Source of the DNA: Nitrospirota bacterium
GTDB lineage: Bacteria > Nitrospirota > UBA9217
Assembly (NCBI GenBank): GCA_963845065.1
Contig: CAWJQQ010000001.1
Location: 160,001 to 224,000, forward strand
Reading direction: 5' to 3'
DNA: 64,000 nt
Under the pieces are notes generated by a model. The model did no database searches, was not told where the DNA came from, and was given only the letters and a program-made list of their open reading frames with translations. A program made the position numbers and the translations under genes. Position 1 is the stretch's first letter; each line of letters starts with the position of its first letter. Shown here in pieces: positions 10,455 to 19,813 of this stretch.

Positions 10455-11762
10455 TTAGAGCGAAACTACCTTCCCCAGAAAGAGGATCGAGCCGGTCTGT
10501 ATTTCCCGAATGAGAAATATATAGGGATGATCGATGGTAAACGTTAGAGGTTGAGGTGGCGGCGCCGCGCCCGGCCCTACCACGATGGCGGTCGCGGCTG
10601 CTGCCTCTGTTCCAAACTCGTCTACGCTGATGAAGGCTTGATGGAAGACATTCTGGATAATCAGGTCGTGGTCCCCGTCAATGCCGGAGAAGTCCGCAGT
10701 ATTCGAATTGAATGCATCGGTCATGCCGAGAGATTTCAATATAGAACCCAGGTTAGCGACTTCGGTAAAGGTGAATTTTGGGAGAGAAAGAGCTACTTTC
10801 TGAGTGGACAGATGATTGGTAATGTCACCCAGCACGGTCGGAGTGAGCGAGGACAGAAATGCATCGAACGTGCCGGGATCCGGCATAATGACGAGCATTG
10901 AAAAATTGTTTCCTGCATAGGGGATATCGACAGCCTGGCAGCCATCCACCTGCGCATAGGTTACCGTGAACATTTGGTGCATAAAGGGAACCGATGACGT
11001 GGAGCCGTCCTGATTGAAAAAGGACTGAGTTGCCGTGCTCGCTACCGAAAACTGCGACGCCCAACTTGCCTTGAACCATATGGCGTTCGTCAGAACGATA
11101 CGGGTTAAATCTGTCACTCCTTCCTCGGGGATCAGATTCTGTATCCTGTTGTTCGTTTGGCTTTCTACCCATAAGTTGATCGTACCCCGCGCGTCCTCCG
11201 TCGCATTAATAAAGTCTACGAGGTACATGCCCGCACCGTAATTTACCGCGAGAGTGTCCAAATAAGACGGCAGAATGGATAAACCCACTTGTCCCCAGAT
11301 TGCGTTGGCGTTCCTGAGTATGGGGAGTTGCTCGCCGGCTGCCGTAATGGCGCCTGTGCCCTCGTTCGTGAGAAGAAGGTCGAGCTTATTGAAGGCCGCG
11401 TTAAGGCGGTCTTGGGGAAGAGGAAACGACAACGCCTGTTCGATTTCGCTCAAAGTATTCCCGTTGGCGCCCGGCGCTAAAAGAGCAAAAGCCTGCGTTA
11501 TGCTATAGGGAGAGAAAACGATATTGCTGCTTCCGCTCGGGTCGAGGAGGGGAAAGACCTTAAGCGCGAAATCCGTGTTGCCCGCTACGACCGCAGTGAA
11601 GTCAGCGTCAGGTACCTGCGGGTTCGTGTCTCGCGCCATGGACGACTGCGCAATCTGATATTGCGGCGGCTGCGCACTGTTTTCGGATTTATTGCACGCG
11701 ATTGCGAGACCAAACAGGCAGAAGGTAAAGATTCGTAAAGTAGTGATAATTTTACTGCTCAT
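10455..11762 (-). CDS. Serpin-family lipoprotein
   Basis: NIVFSPYSI, NAIWFKASW, hinge DEFGTEAAAAT and FTIDHPYIFLI; lipobox LAIAC. Confidence 0.95.
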   Translation of the reverse strand: MSSKIITTLRIFTFCLFGLAIACNKSENSAQPPQYQIAQSSMARDTNPQVPDADFTAVVAGNTDFALKVFPLLDPSGSSNIVFSPYSITQAFALLAPGANGNTLSEIEQALSFPLPQDRLNAAFNKLDLLLTNEGTGAITAAGEQLPILRNANAIWGQVGLSILPSYLDTLAVNYGAGMYLVDFINATEDARGTINLWVESQTNNRIQNLIPEEGVTDLTRIVLTNAIWFKASWASQFSVASTATQSFFNQDGSTSSVPFMHQMFTVTYAQVDGCQAVDIPYAGNNFSMLVIMPDPGTFDAFLSSLTPTVLGDITNHLSTQKVALSLPKFTFTEVANLGSILKSLGMTDAFNSNTADFSGIDGDHDLIIQNVFHQAFISVDEFGTEAAAATAIVVGPGAAPPPQPLTFTIDHPYIFLIREIQTGSILFLGKVVSL

Positions 11763-12070
11763 GAGCAATCATCCCGCGAAAAGGTTAGCTTCTTCTAGAA
11801 CTACTCATATTTTGGCAGAGCCTTGAAGTATTGTCAATTGCAAGGACTTGCAACTCTGCGTTTTCTTTCATTCGCGGGAATATATGGCTTGGAACTGAAA
11901 ATCGTACCTTGTAAAAAAGGTGACACGTTGATTGAAGGGGTTTTGGAACGGAATGTCGGAACACATGAAACCCGATATTTTATCAATATCAATGCGCTTT
12001 ATGCAATTTCCATAAATCACAGTTCAGCTAACTTCAGGATGAAGCGAATGAAAGAAAACACTATCATAAT

Positions 12071-12189
12071 ATGCATGATACAAATAATATTTTTCACCTC
12101 GATCGAAATTAGGAGCCCTATGGGGTTCATCTACAAGTGCTGAATGCCAATATAATGAAAATGATGTAAAATCCTGGTTGAAATACGCA
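12071..12189 (+). repeat. Intergenic motif family, copy c
   Basis: Left part matches 13507-13572, right part matches 5539-5597; core CATCTACAAGTG. Confidence 0.75.
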
Positions 12190-12239
12190 CTAGCCCGGGA
12201 AAATAGATCTGTGGTATTTTGCGAGAATCGATTTCTGTC

Positions 12240-12830
12240 CTACAAAAAGGTGTAAAATCGGACTCCTGCTAAGACCAACATAAAAACGCCAAGGAGAATA
12301 TAGAAAATAGAAGTAACATTATTCGGTTTAATATGATTTTTGATATAGTATTCGTTCATTCCCGCTATAATTTCCTTTAACAATTTTGTATCCTTTGATT
12401 GCTTGAACCTAAGCTGTGCGGAGCCAGTCCAAGATTGGATCGCAATTTGCAGATTTGCGTTTATCGCAGTGAGCCTAATGGCAGACAGCTTTTCCTCGAA
12501 TGGCTGGTTAATCCTCTTGAGAGAAAAGTGAAGTGCATCGCTAAAAGAATCATCTGATACTCCAATAGCCATGTATCCCTTCATTAGGATCCAGAAATAA
12601 ACTAAAAGACAAATAAACAGAATAGGGCTTATCATGAAGATTATTCTACTCTTGCCTGACAGATCCTTTAAAAATATATTCACCGTGATTAGAGAAAATG
12701 CAAAAACCATTAAAGCAAAGAAATATTTTGATGGTATAAACAGAGGTCTTTTTGATATAACAACCTTAACACCAATAAAAAGAAAATAGAATGCAATGAG
12801 AGCAAATAGCAATGGGGCATATATTTTCAT
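12240..12830 (-). CDS. Hypothetical membrane protein
   Basis: Four hydrophobic segments; RBS AAGGAG. Confidence 0.7.
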   Translation of the reverse strand: MKIYAPLLFALIAFYFLFIGVKVVISKRPLFIPSKYFFALMVFAFSLITVNIFLKDLSGKSRIIFMISPILFICLLVYFWILMKGYMAIGVSDDSFSDALHFSLKRINQPFEEKLSAIRLTAINANLQIAIQSWTGSAQLRFKQSKDTKLLKEIIAGMNEYYIKNHIKPNNVTSIFYILLGVFMLVLAGVRFYTFL

Positions 12831-12921
12831 CTAGCTTCTCCTTTTGTAATTACGGTTCGAATATTAGGTTATGTCATAAACTGACTGTATGCACCTTACG
12901 GGAAGTAGCCCGCGCTGCATG

Positions 12922-13434
12922 CTATTGTGATTCCTCTATCTCAATCGATTGATACAATCCCCAGATAACTGACACAATAATGATGACGATCCCTGTTATA
13001 TAAACCGTGTTTCCAATCGCCTGGTCCCACCTGAGAAGCCCAAGCCGGGAAAGAATGTAGTTCCAGTCATGGATCACCTCCTCACCACCACCAACCGATA
13101 TCAACGGAAGTGCCATTGCCTGGGCGTCTTTTACATACACTGAAATCCCGAAAAAGTTTTGGCCGGTCCAGAAGAGCGTAACTGCTGACGAATAAAACTC
13201 GCGCCGAACAAAGAAGTAAATCGTAAAGGCAGCAGGCACAAAAAGCTGGCCGATGGTGCCGCCAATAACATGGATAAATTCGCCGAACCAGCTGAAGAAC
13301 AGGTGGCCCGCTTCGTGCGCTACCAGATTTACTCCATCAAGCATGTGAAAGCTATTCACATCATGGGCGCAAATGATACCGTAAACTGCCATGAGAACAG
13401 TAAAGCTTATTTTGAAATAATTTATCTTTTTCAT
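12922..13434 (-). CDS. Membrane protein with HExxH motif (M50-like)
   Basis: VAHEAGHLFF, GGTIGQL and HDWNYIL. Start moved to MKKINY because the longer ORF runs into repeat copy d. Confidence 0.75.
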   Translation of the reverse strand: MKKINYFKISFTVLMAVYGIICAHDVNSFHMLDGVNLVAHEAGHLFFSWFGEFIHVIGGTIGQLFVPAAFTIYFFVRREFYSSAVTLFWTGQNFFGISVYVKDAQAMALPLISVGGGEEVIHDWNYILSRLGLLRWDQAIGNTVYITGIVIIIVSVIWGLYQSIEIEESQ

Positions 13435-13506
13435 TAAAATCCATTTTATCAGATCATCAAGCACTGCCTCTTCGTGACAGAAAATGACATCACCATATGC
13501 ATGATA

Positions 13507-13572
13507 CATGATACAAACGATATTTCTCACCTCGATCGACACGATGATCTCTGTGAGGCTCATCTACAAGTG
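13507..13572 (+). repeat. Intergenic motif family, copy d
   Basis: CATGATACAAACGATATTTCTCACCTCGATCGA...CATCTACAAGTG. Confidence 0.75.
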
Positions 13573-13765
13573 TGTAGCCGTGCTGACGAAATATCTATGA
13601 ACAATACTAGATGATAATTGTAACGCAGACGTTATCTATTTATCAAGTTGACGGACTGATTGGACAATATTTTCCTATGTCAATTTCCGTTTCCGCATTT
13701 TCCTTTCTATTCTTAATTATTGTCCATAAAGAACAAGGCCATGTTTTTTAATTGGTAGCATACGT

Positions 13766-14257
13766 TCAAAGATTCATCTTATATTTAATAAAAGCTAGAC
13801 AATCGCTGGCTGTCAATCTCCCGATGGCACTGCTGCTGTATACGGCGTTTTCAATCTTGCCTTCAGGGCTAACGATAAACCCAGTCGCTTGAATGTGGTT
13901 TTTTTCAAGATTAAAGAAGGCCCCGGTGATTGCGGATACCTCAGATGGGGTGAGGCCGTATCCTACGGAAAAGGTCAAACCGTATTTATCAACTGTCTTG
14001 CCCGCGTCCTCTTCGGTGTCGGACGATGCTGCAATGATCCTGATGTTCTTTTTTTCAAACTCGGCTATGCTTCTTTGGAAGTCCAGCAACTGCTGGCGGC
14101 AATATGGTCACCAGTGACCTCGATAGATAAGGAATACGTTCCAGTGCCCGTTGAAATCTTTTGGAATATAGACCGTTGCGCCGCGTACGACTCGAAACTC
14201 CATCAGAGGAAAAGAATCTCCAGTATCCAATATTTTGCACGGGTCGCCGCTTCTCAT
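13766..14257 (-). CDS. Peroxiredoxin-like (AhpC/TSA fold) selenoprotein, Sec at codon 50
   Basis: RBS AAGGAG, ATG 14257, ...YRGHW-TGA(14108-14110)-PYCRQQL gives UxxC; hairpin CCAGC-AGTT-GCTGG 11 nt downstream. Confidence 0.88.
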
Positions 14258-14455
14258 GGATGACTCCTTTGATTAGAGATATTTCATTCACTCATTAAAT
14301 CAATAATTACAGAGGCAAACACTACCCATACTTGTAACAAACTATACGGAAGTCTTCAAGTGAAATGGGCCAACAGTGTATAGGTCTTCATTAAGTGAAA
14401 AATATTTTTTAAGAGATCCAACATAAGCATAGCACAGGATGTTTTATTGAACACT

Positions 14456-14518
14456 AACTTCAACGAGAATTTTACACGACTTAGCAGATCGTGGAGATCT
14501 GATCTCCATCTACAAATG
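14456..14518 (+). repeat. Intergenic motif family, copy e
   Basis: AACTTCAA at 14456 and CATCTACAAATG (CTACAA at 14510). Confidence 0.6.
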
Positions 14519-14612
14519 TGTAACGGCACATGCTAAAAACGGTTGCAAAATACGAAGGCAAGCCTGTCACTCCCGGTCTGATGCGTTGTATTGCGTCAAT
14601 ATTTAAAAAATC

Positions 14613-14644
14613 AAAAAAGGCCTGGGATTTTTCCAGGCCTTTTT
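14613..14644. terminator. Bidirectional intrinsic terminator
   Basis: AAAAAAGGCCTGG-gatttt-tCCAGGCCTTTTT. Confidence 0.8.
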
Positions 14645-14760
14645 GATCACATCGAAACACTGCTCAAATGGAAGTTATACTGTTTATTGTTACATTATTG
14701 TATCATCAACAGACTATAGACATCTTACGCGAGTTGGCTGGTCTTTACGGGGCCATATCT

Positions 14761-17700
14761 TTAGTAGTTCACACAAGTGCTACCTGCCGAATTAGTTATT
14801 GCATAGGTCGGAGAAGTCGTGCAATTCCCAGCAATAAATTGGTTAAGCCAGTCATTGCATGAGGCAATAGTGCAAAATGGCCCAGCAGATCCAGTGTTGT
14901 ACCCCATATCGGCAATGCATTGTGACTGGCCATTGCAATTGTAATTAGCGTAATAATTAGTACCAGATGCTGGTGGCGTACATGTCGGATAATCAGTTGC
15001 CCCGTTCGAACAGGTGGGTGGCGTACATGTCGGATAATCAGTTGCCCCGTTCGAACAGGTGGGCGGCGTACATGTCGGATAATTAGTTGCCCCGTTCGAA
15101 CAAGTGGGTGGCGTACATGTCGGATAATCAGTTGCCCCGTTTGAACAAGTTAATAATGTAAAGGTCGCGATAACCGACGTATCTGAATTCATAATAACTG
15201 TGCATGCACCTGTCCCAGAACATCCACCGCCTGACCATCCGTTGAATTTCGATACAGATGTAGCTGTTGCCGCGAGGGTTACGAACGTGCCGTTTGTCAC
15301 CGATGCGGTGCAAGTCGTGCCGCAGTCTATGCCAGAAGGCGTTGAGATCACTGTCCCGCTTCCCGTACCGCTCTCGCTGACGCTTAAGGTGTACGAAGCC
15401 GTAGGCATTGATAATACGGGGTTAGATGGCGAACCTTCTCCATTGTTGTTGCATGCTGTTGCAATGCAGGAATATGTTATGCCATTGGTAAGTCCGGTAT
15501 AAGTATAGGGACTTGACACAAAGGCGATCTCCGTACCAATGGCTTCGGTTACGTTCGTTCCAGCGGCGCAATAAAGATTATAGCAAGTCGCGTCCGAAAC
15601 TCCGATCCAAGTAATCGTTATCTGCCCATCACCGACAATGGCGGTTAAATTTGATGGAGGAGATGATGGGACGGTTGCAATATCGCTGATCTTGCGGATG
15701 TCATAATTATCATAGTCCGCTACATACAAATTAGTTCCGTCCGTGGTTATGCCATCAAGATAATGAAATCTCGCTGCCGTGCCTGTACCATCCGTTGAAC
15801 CGGCAGTACCTGCTGTACCTGCAATCGTGGTAACAACCCCTGTGGATATAACAACCTTGCGAATGGTGTCATTCATCATGTCCGCGACATACAGATTAGT
15901 CCCGTCAGTAGTTACATAAAAAAAGGAAATTTCATTGTAAAGAAGCTGAGAAAATCTCGCCGCCGAGCCTATGCCATCCGTTGAGCCGGCAGTACCTGCT
16001 GTACCTGCAATCGTGGTAACAACCCCTGTGGATATAACAATCTTGCGAATGATAGAACTGTCCGCGACATACAAATTTGTCCCGTCTGTTGTTATACCAG
16101 AAGGATCACTAAAACTTGCTGCCGTGCCTGTGCCATTCGTTGACCCGGCAGTACCGCTCCCGGCAAGCGTGGTAACGACACCTGTGGATATGACGATCTT
16201 GCGGATTTTATTGTTATAACTGTCCGTGACATACAGATTTGTTCCGTCTGTGGTTATACCAATAGGGGTAAAAAATCTTGCTGCCGAGCCTGTGCCATCC
16301 GTTGAAAGGTAATTACCTGAACCTGGTAAACCTGCAATCGTGGTAACAACCTCTGTGGATATGACAACCTTGCGGATGGTATGATTGCCAGCGTCCGCGA
16401 CATACAGATTAGTCCCGTCTGTGGTTATGCCGGCAGGACTATAAAATCTTGCTGCCGAACCTGTGCCATCCGTTGAACCGGTAGAATTTGCTATGCCTGC
16501 AATCGTGGTAACAACACCTGTGGATATGACGATCTTGCGGATGGCAGACGAGTCCGTTACATACAAATTAGTTCCGTCTGTGGTTATGCCATCAGGATAA
16601 CGAAATCCCGCTGCCGTGCCTATGCCATCCGTTGAAACGGAAGAGCCTGCTGAACCTGCAAAAGTTGTAACAATATTCGGATATAGACCCAACGAATTGC
16701 CCTGCATAGTCCCGCCCAGGAGCAAGGGGGCGGCAGTAGCGGGATTCTGTTTAGTCGTAAAGCTCCAGGAAAAACTATTGGCCATAATATTCCCTGTCGT
16801 ATCCCTTACTCCGGTTATTGTTGCTGTGTATGAGGTGTCATAAGCGAGTGCGCTCGACGGTGTAAATGTGGCCTTATTTGCGGAGGAATCATAAGTCACC
16901 GCGCCTCTTACGCCGGATAGGGTAAAAGTTGCTGCCGTGATAGTGGATGCGTTCATGTCTTCGTTAAAAGTTACCGAGATAGCCGCATCAGTATCCACCG
17001 CGCCGGATGAGCCATCAGTGCTTTTCGAGACTACGGTTGGATGCACCGTTCCAGTTATGGTTGAATTCACAGGCCCGGGTGGCGGTGTGGAGTTTGAGTT
17101 CCACCTCGCATACAGGGTAACATTCGCCGAACCCATCGTGAAGGTTTGGCCTTGCGCGTAGGTCGTGCCGGACCCATTCGTTTGTATGCCCCATCCAGAA
17201 AAAGAATATCCAGATAGTACGAGGTTGCCTGTATTGCCAAGCACTGTGACGGTTTGGCCCTGCTCGTAATTGGTTGTATCGATCGGGACACTACCGCCGG
17301 AATTGCCGTTGCCGTTATAGGTAACAGTGTACGTGGGGCTTGTTGTCCATTTGGCGTACAGGGTGATATTTGCCGAACCCATCGTGAACGTCTGACCCTG
17401 TGTATAGGTCGTTCCGGAGCCATTCGCCTGCGTGTTCCAGCCGGCAAAAGAATAGCCGGTATTTACGAGGCTGCCCGTATTCGCGATTACTGCGACGGCT
17501 TGCCCATGCACATAATTGGTTGAATCAATCGGGACGCTGCCACCGGTAGCGCCGTTGTTATTAAAGACTACGGTGTATGTGGGGATGGAGTTTGATATCC
17601 ACTTTGCGTAGAGTGTGACGCTTGCTGTTCCCATCGTGAAGATCTGGCCTTGCGTGTAGGTTGTGCCTGTCCCAGCCTCACTTGTATTCCAGCCATTGAA

Positions 17701-17952
17701 GGTAAAGTTAGTATCCACGAGGTTGCCTGGATTGCCAAGCGCCGTGATTGTGTTCCCCTCCTGGTAATTGGTTGTGTCAACAGGGACAATGCCGCTCGTG
17801 TCTCCGTTACCATTGTAGGTCACAATGTATGCGGAGGCTGTGTTTGTTCCGACGCCCCCGACGCCACCACCTCCGCTGCCGCAGGCGGCTAGGAAAGTCG
17901 TAATAAACGCAATCGTCAAAACCAGCGACATCATGTTCAGAAGCTTTTTCAT
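14761..17952 (-). CDS. Large surface lipoprotein: 3 InlB-B repeats, Big_5-like Ig, NHL-like propeller, FN3, divergent InlB-B, Cys-rich repeats
   Basis: Lipobox FLAAC; YTVTYNGNG...TLYAKW x3; GITTDGTNLYVAD x6; TCSNGATDYPTCTPP x4. Confidence 0.88.
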   Translation of the reverse strand: MKKLLNMMSLVLTIAFITTFLAACGSGGGGVGGVGTNTASAYIVTYNGNGDTSGIVPVDTTNYQEGNTITALGNPGNLVDTNFTFNGWNTSEAGTGTTYTQGQIFTMGTASVTLYAKWISNSIPTYTVVFNNNGATGGSVPIDSTNYVHGQAVAVIANTGSLVNTGYSFAGWNTQANGSGTTYTQGQTFTMGSANITLYAKWTTSPTYTVTYNGNGNSGGSVPIDTTNYEQGQTVTVLGNTGNLVLSGYSFSGWGIQTNGSGTTYAQGQTFTMGSANVTLYARWNSNSTPPPGPVNSTITGTVHPTVVSKSTDGSSGAVDTDAAISVTFNEDMNASTITAATFTLSGVRGAVTYDSSANKATFTPSSALAYDTSYTATITGVRDTTGNIMANSFSWSFTTKQNPATAAPLLLGGTMQGNSLGLYPNIVTTFAGSAGSSVSTDGIGTAAGFRYPDGITTDGTNLYVTDSSAIRKIVISTGVVTTIAGIANSTGSTDGTGSAARFYSPAGITTDGTNLYVADAGNHTIRKVVISTEVVTTIAGLPGSGNYLSTDGTGSAARFFTPIGITTDGTNLYVTDSYNNKIRKIVISTGVVTTLAGSGTAGSTNGTGTAASFSDPSGITTDGTNLYVADSSIIRKIVISTGVVTTIAGTAGTAGSTDGIGSAARFSQLLYNEISFFYVTTDGTNLYVADMMNDTIRKVVISTGVVTTIAGTAGTAGSTDGTGTAARFHYLDGITTDGTNLYVADYDNYDIRKISDIATVPSSPPSNLTAIVGDGQITITWIGVSDATCYNLYCAAGTNVTEAIGTEIAFVSSPYTYTGLTNGITYSCIATACNNNGEGSPSNPVLSMPTASYTLSVSESGTGSGTVISTPSGIDCGTTCTASVTNGTFVTLAATATSVSKFNGWSGGGCSGTGACTVIMNSDTSVIATFTLLTCSNGATDYPTCTPPTCSNGATNYPTCTPPTCSNGATDYPTCTPPTCSNGATDYPTCTPPASGTNYYANYNCNGQSQCIADMGYNTGSAGPFCTIASCNDWLNQFIAGNCTTSPTYAITNSAGSTCVNY
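14971..15150 (-). repeat. Coding 45-bp tandem repeat x4
   Basis: Encodes TCSNGAT(D/N)YPTCTPP. Confidence 0.9.
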
Positions 17953-18448
17953 ATTTTAGAGACTCCTTTTAAACAGATTTGAATCATTTCCCAAGTGTAA
18001 AAAACATAAATACACTGTGTTATTATCATCATACAACCCTGTGCTGAAAATTGATTTTAGACTAAGAAAATCTATTTCTTGCTTTGAAATCTCAAACATC
18101 CACACACCGCTTAACGCAAGATTTTTGACTGGTAATGATAAATACAAAACATGTTCAGAATATAAATTATGTAGTGAAAATAAACGGTTATTGTTGCAAA
18201 TGCACAAAATCCAGTCTCGAAACGCATACAAAAGCAATTCTTCATCTGCCCTTCAGGTTGCACTGGTTAGTGCATAGGGGTGGGTGGTGGATATTTCCGT
18301 GGATGAAGTACGTTGATTGTACAGGAGTGCAAATTTAAGCAAAAGGGCACTTGCTAACACATCCCATGATCTCTGCCTGCTGTATATATAAATATTATTG
18401 TGAAAACAATATATTTTGTTTGTGCCTATTTGTCAAGAAAATAAACGT

Positions 18449-18565
18449 GGGTATTTTTTGGGGTATAACAATTAAAATAGGCAGGGCAATGCAGATGTTG
18501 AGGTGCAAAATACGGGTTGGAAATTACACAATTGCAAAGAATGAAAACTCGTTTGCTTCAGGATG
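18449..18565 (+). repeat. ~120-bp dispersed repeat, copy 1 (copy 2 at 57491)
   Basis: GGGTATTTT..GGGTATAACAAT...ATTGCAAAG...CTCGTTTGCTTCAGGATG. Confidence 0.8.
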
Positions 18566-18624
18566 GAGGTCGCGATGCACATTATGACCCCTTCTAGAAG
18601 TAAGACCAATTCTCGTTATTCCGT

Positions 18625-19455
18625 TTATCTGTCCCCAACCAGTTCGTTCAAAGCATCGAGGTCCACCGATGTGGGATGGAACGCGCCCATCCACCGCATG
18701 CATCGGTTCGCATTCAGGGGAATACCCACCACGGGGATGTTCAGGCCAATACACAGCCGCATGCCCCGCAGCAGTTCCGGAACGCAGGCCACACCCAGCA
18801 CGCCAATGCTTCCTTCCCTGTCCCGAAGCTCTCTGAATAGAGGTTTGAGGCTGGCATTCATCCACAGGTAAGGCTCGATGCGGTTCTCTCGAAGTAGCGC
18901 GCTTACGCGGTTGACAAAGCAGTTCTTCGAGCACCCCTTGCACACATAGTCAAGCTCACCAGGGCCGGACCGGCAATCCGCGCTCAAGTCGCGAAGACAA
19001 TAGGGAAGGAAGGCTATTCTGCGCTTCGCTGATCTGAACGCTTCTTTCCAAGCCCGGTTCGCGAGCTCGATCAGGAGCATATAAAGGTGGTACTGCTCTT
19101 CGGAAGTGAAGAGGGTGCCGTCCCATCTCTTAAGAAACGAGATCTCTTGTAGATGTGCATTAACCAGGGCAGTATGCGGAGTGAGCATGTCTTGAGCTGC
19201 AGTTACGATGAAGTGAATGAGCTTGTTGCCGGGAGTGTTGGGAAGGCGGAGCTGCTTTTTCAAAACCCGTTTATTTCTACTTGCCCGTTCCAGGATCCTG
19301 ATAAGGCCAAGGATATCTGGGCTCCCTTCCAGTACTCGGTCTGCGAGCGCACTGATCTTCCGATAATAGTTTTCTGTCGAGGGTTCTGTCCCAAACAAAG
19401 AGTAGGTCTTCCCTGCGACGGAAATCGATGATCTCGCTACTTCTTTCGGTGTCAT
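18625..19455 (-). CDS. DUF116-family protein
   Basis: FLPYCLR, CxxCSxxC, GVACVPEL and GIPLNANRC. Confidence 0.8.
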   Translation of the reverse strand: MTPKEVARSSISVAGKTYSLFGTEPSTENYYRKISALADRVLEGSPDILGLIRILERASRNKRVLKKQLRLPNTPGNKLIHFIVTAAQDMLTPHTALVNAHLQEISFLKRWDGTLFTSEEQYHLYMLLIELANRAWKEAFRSAKRRIAFLPYCLRDLSADCRSGPGELDYVCKGCSKNCFVNRVSALLRENRIEPYLWMNASLKPLFRELRDREGSIGVLGVACVPELLRGMRLCIGLNIPVVGIPLNANRCMRWMGAFHPTSVDLDALNELVGDR

Positions 19456-19780
19456 GTCTGATTATCCCTCTTTAGAACTCGAAAAGCTGCCCTTGCCCGA
19501 TCTGGTCTCTGCAATAGGAATCGGGTTCTAGCGGCCTCGGCTCCGGGGATACACAGCCCTTCCCGTTTTGTTTACCGTACATGTTTTCTGAGTAAGATTC
19601 AGTCTGACTGGAAATGCCAGCTAAACAAGATAGTCTATCCCCTTCATGCGGCCATCGTCCCTGCCGAATTAAAAATTTCTATGTGTAACCTGAATTTCAA
19701 AAAATTACCAAACTATCCGCAGAAAGCCCCTGGTTTTAACCATGGGGATGAATGCGGGAACTTTGTTTTCCGGCAATTAG

Positions 19781-19809
19781 TAGACAAATGTACATCTATG
19801 TGGTATATT
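19781..19809 (+). promoter_or_regulatory. Native sigma70 promoter of tnpB, now separated from it
   Basis: TAGACA-17 nt-TATATT with extended TG. Confidence 0.6.
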
Positions 19810-19813
19810 TAAA

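Noticed and set aside
12060..12143. Intergenic motif as a conserved small protein
   Set aside because: Copies c and d look synonymous on the minus strand (LVDEPHR) but b and g on the plus strand (FFTSI), and indels and stops break every frame. blastx is still advisable.
5485..14518. Intergenic motif as classical integron attC sites
   Set aside because: No RYYYAAC...GTTRRRY boundaries, no long palindrome and no intI in the window.
14971..16680. Tandem repeats as a CRISPR array
   Set aside because: They are in-frame coding repeats without unique spacers, and there are no cas genes.
18532..18565. tmRNA-like tag (AKNENSFA)
   Set aside because: No ALAA-type end and no tRNA-like termini.
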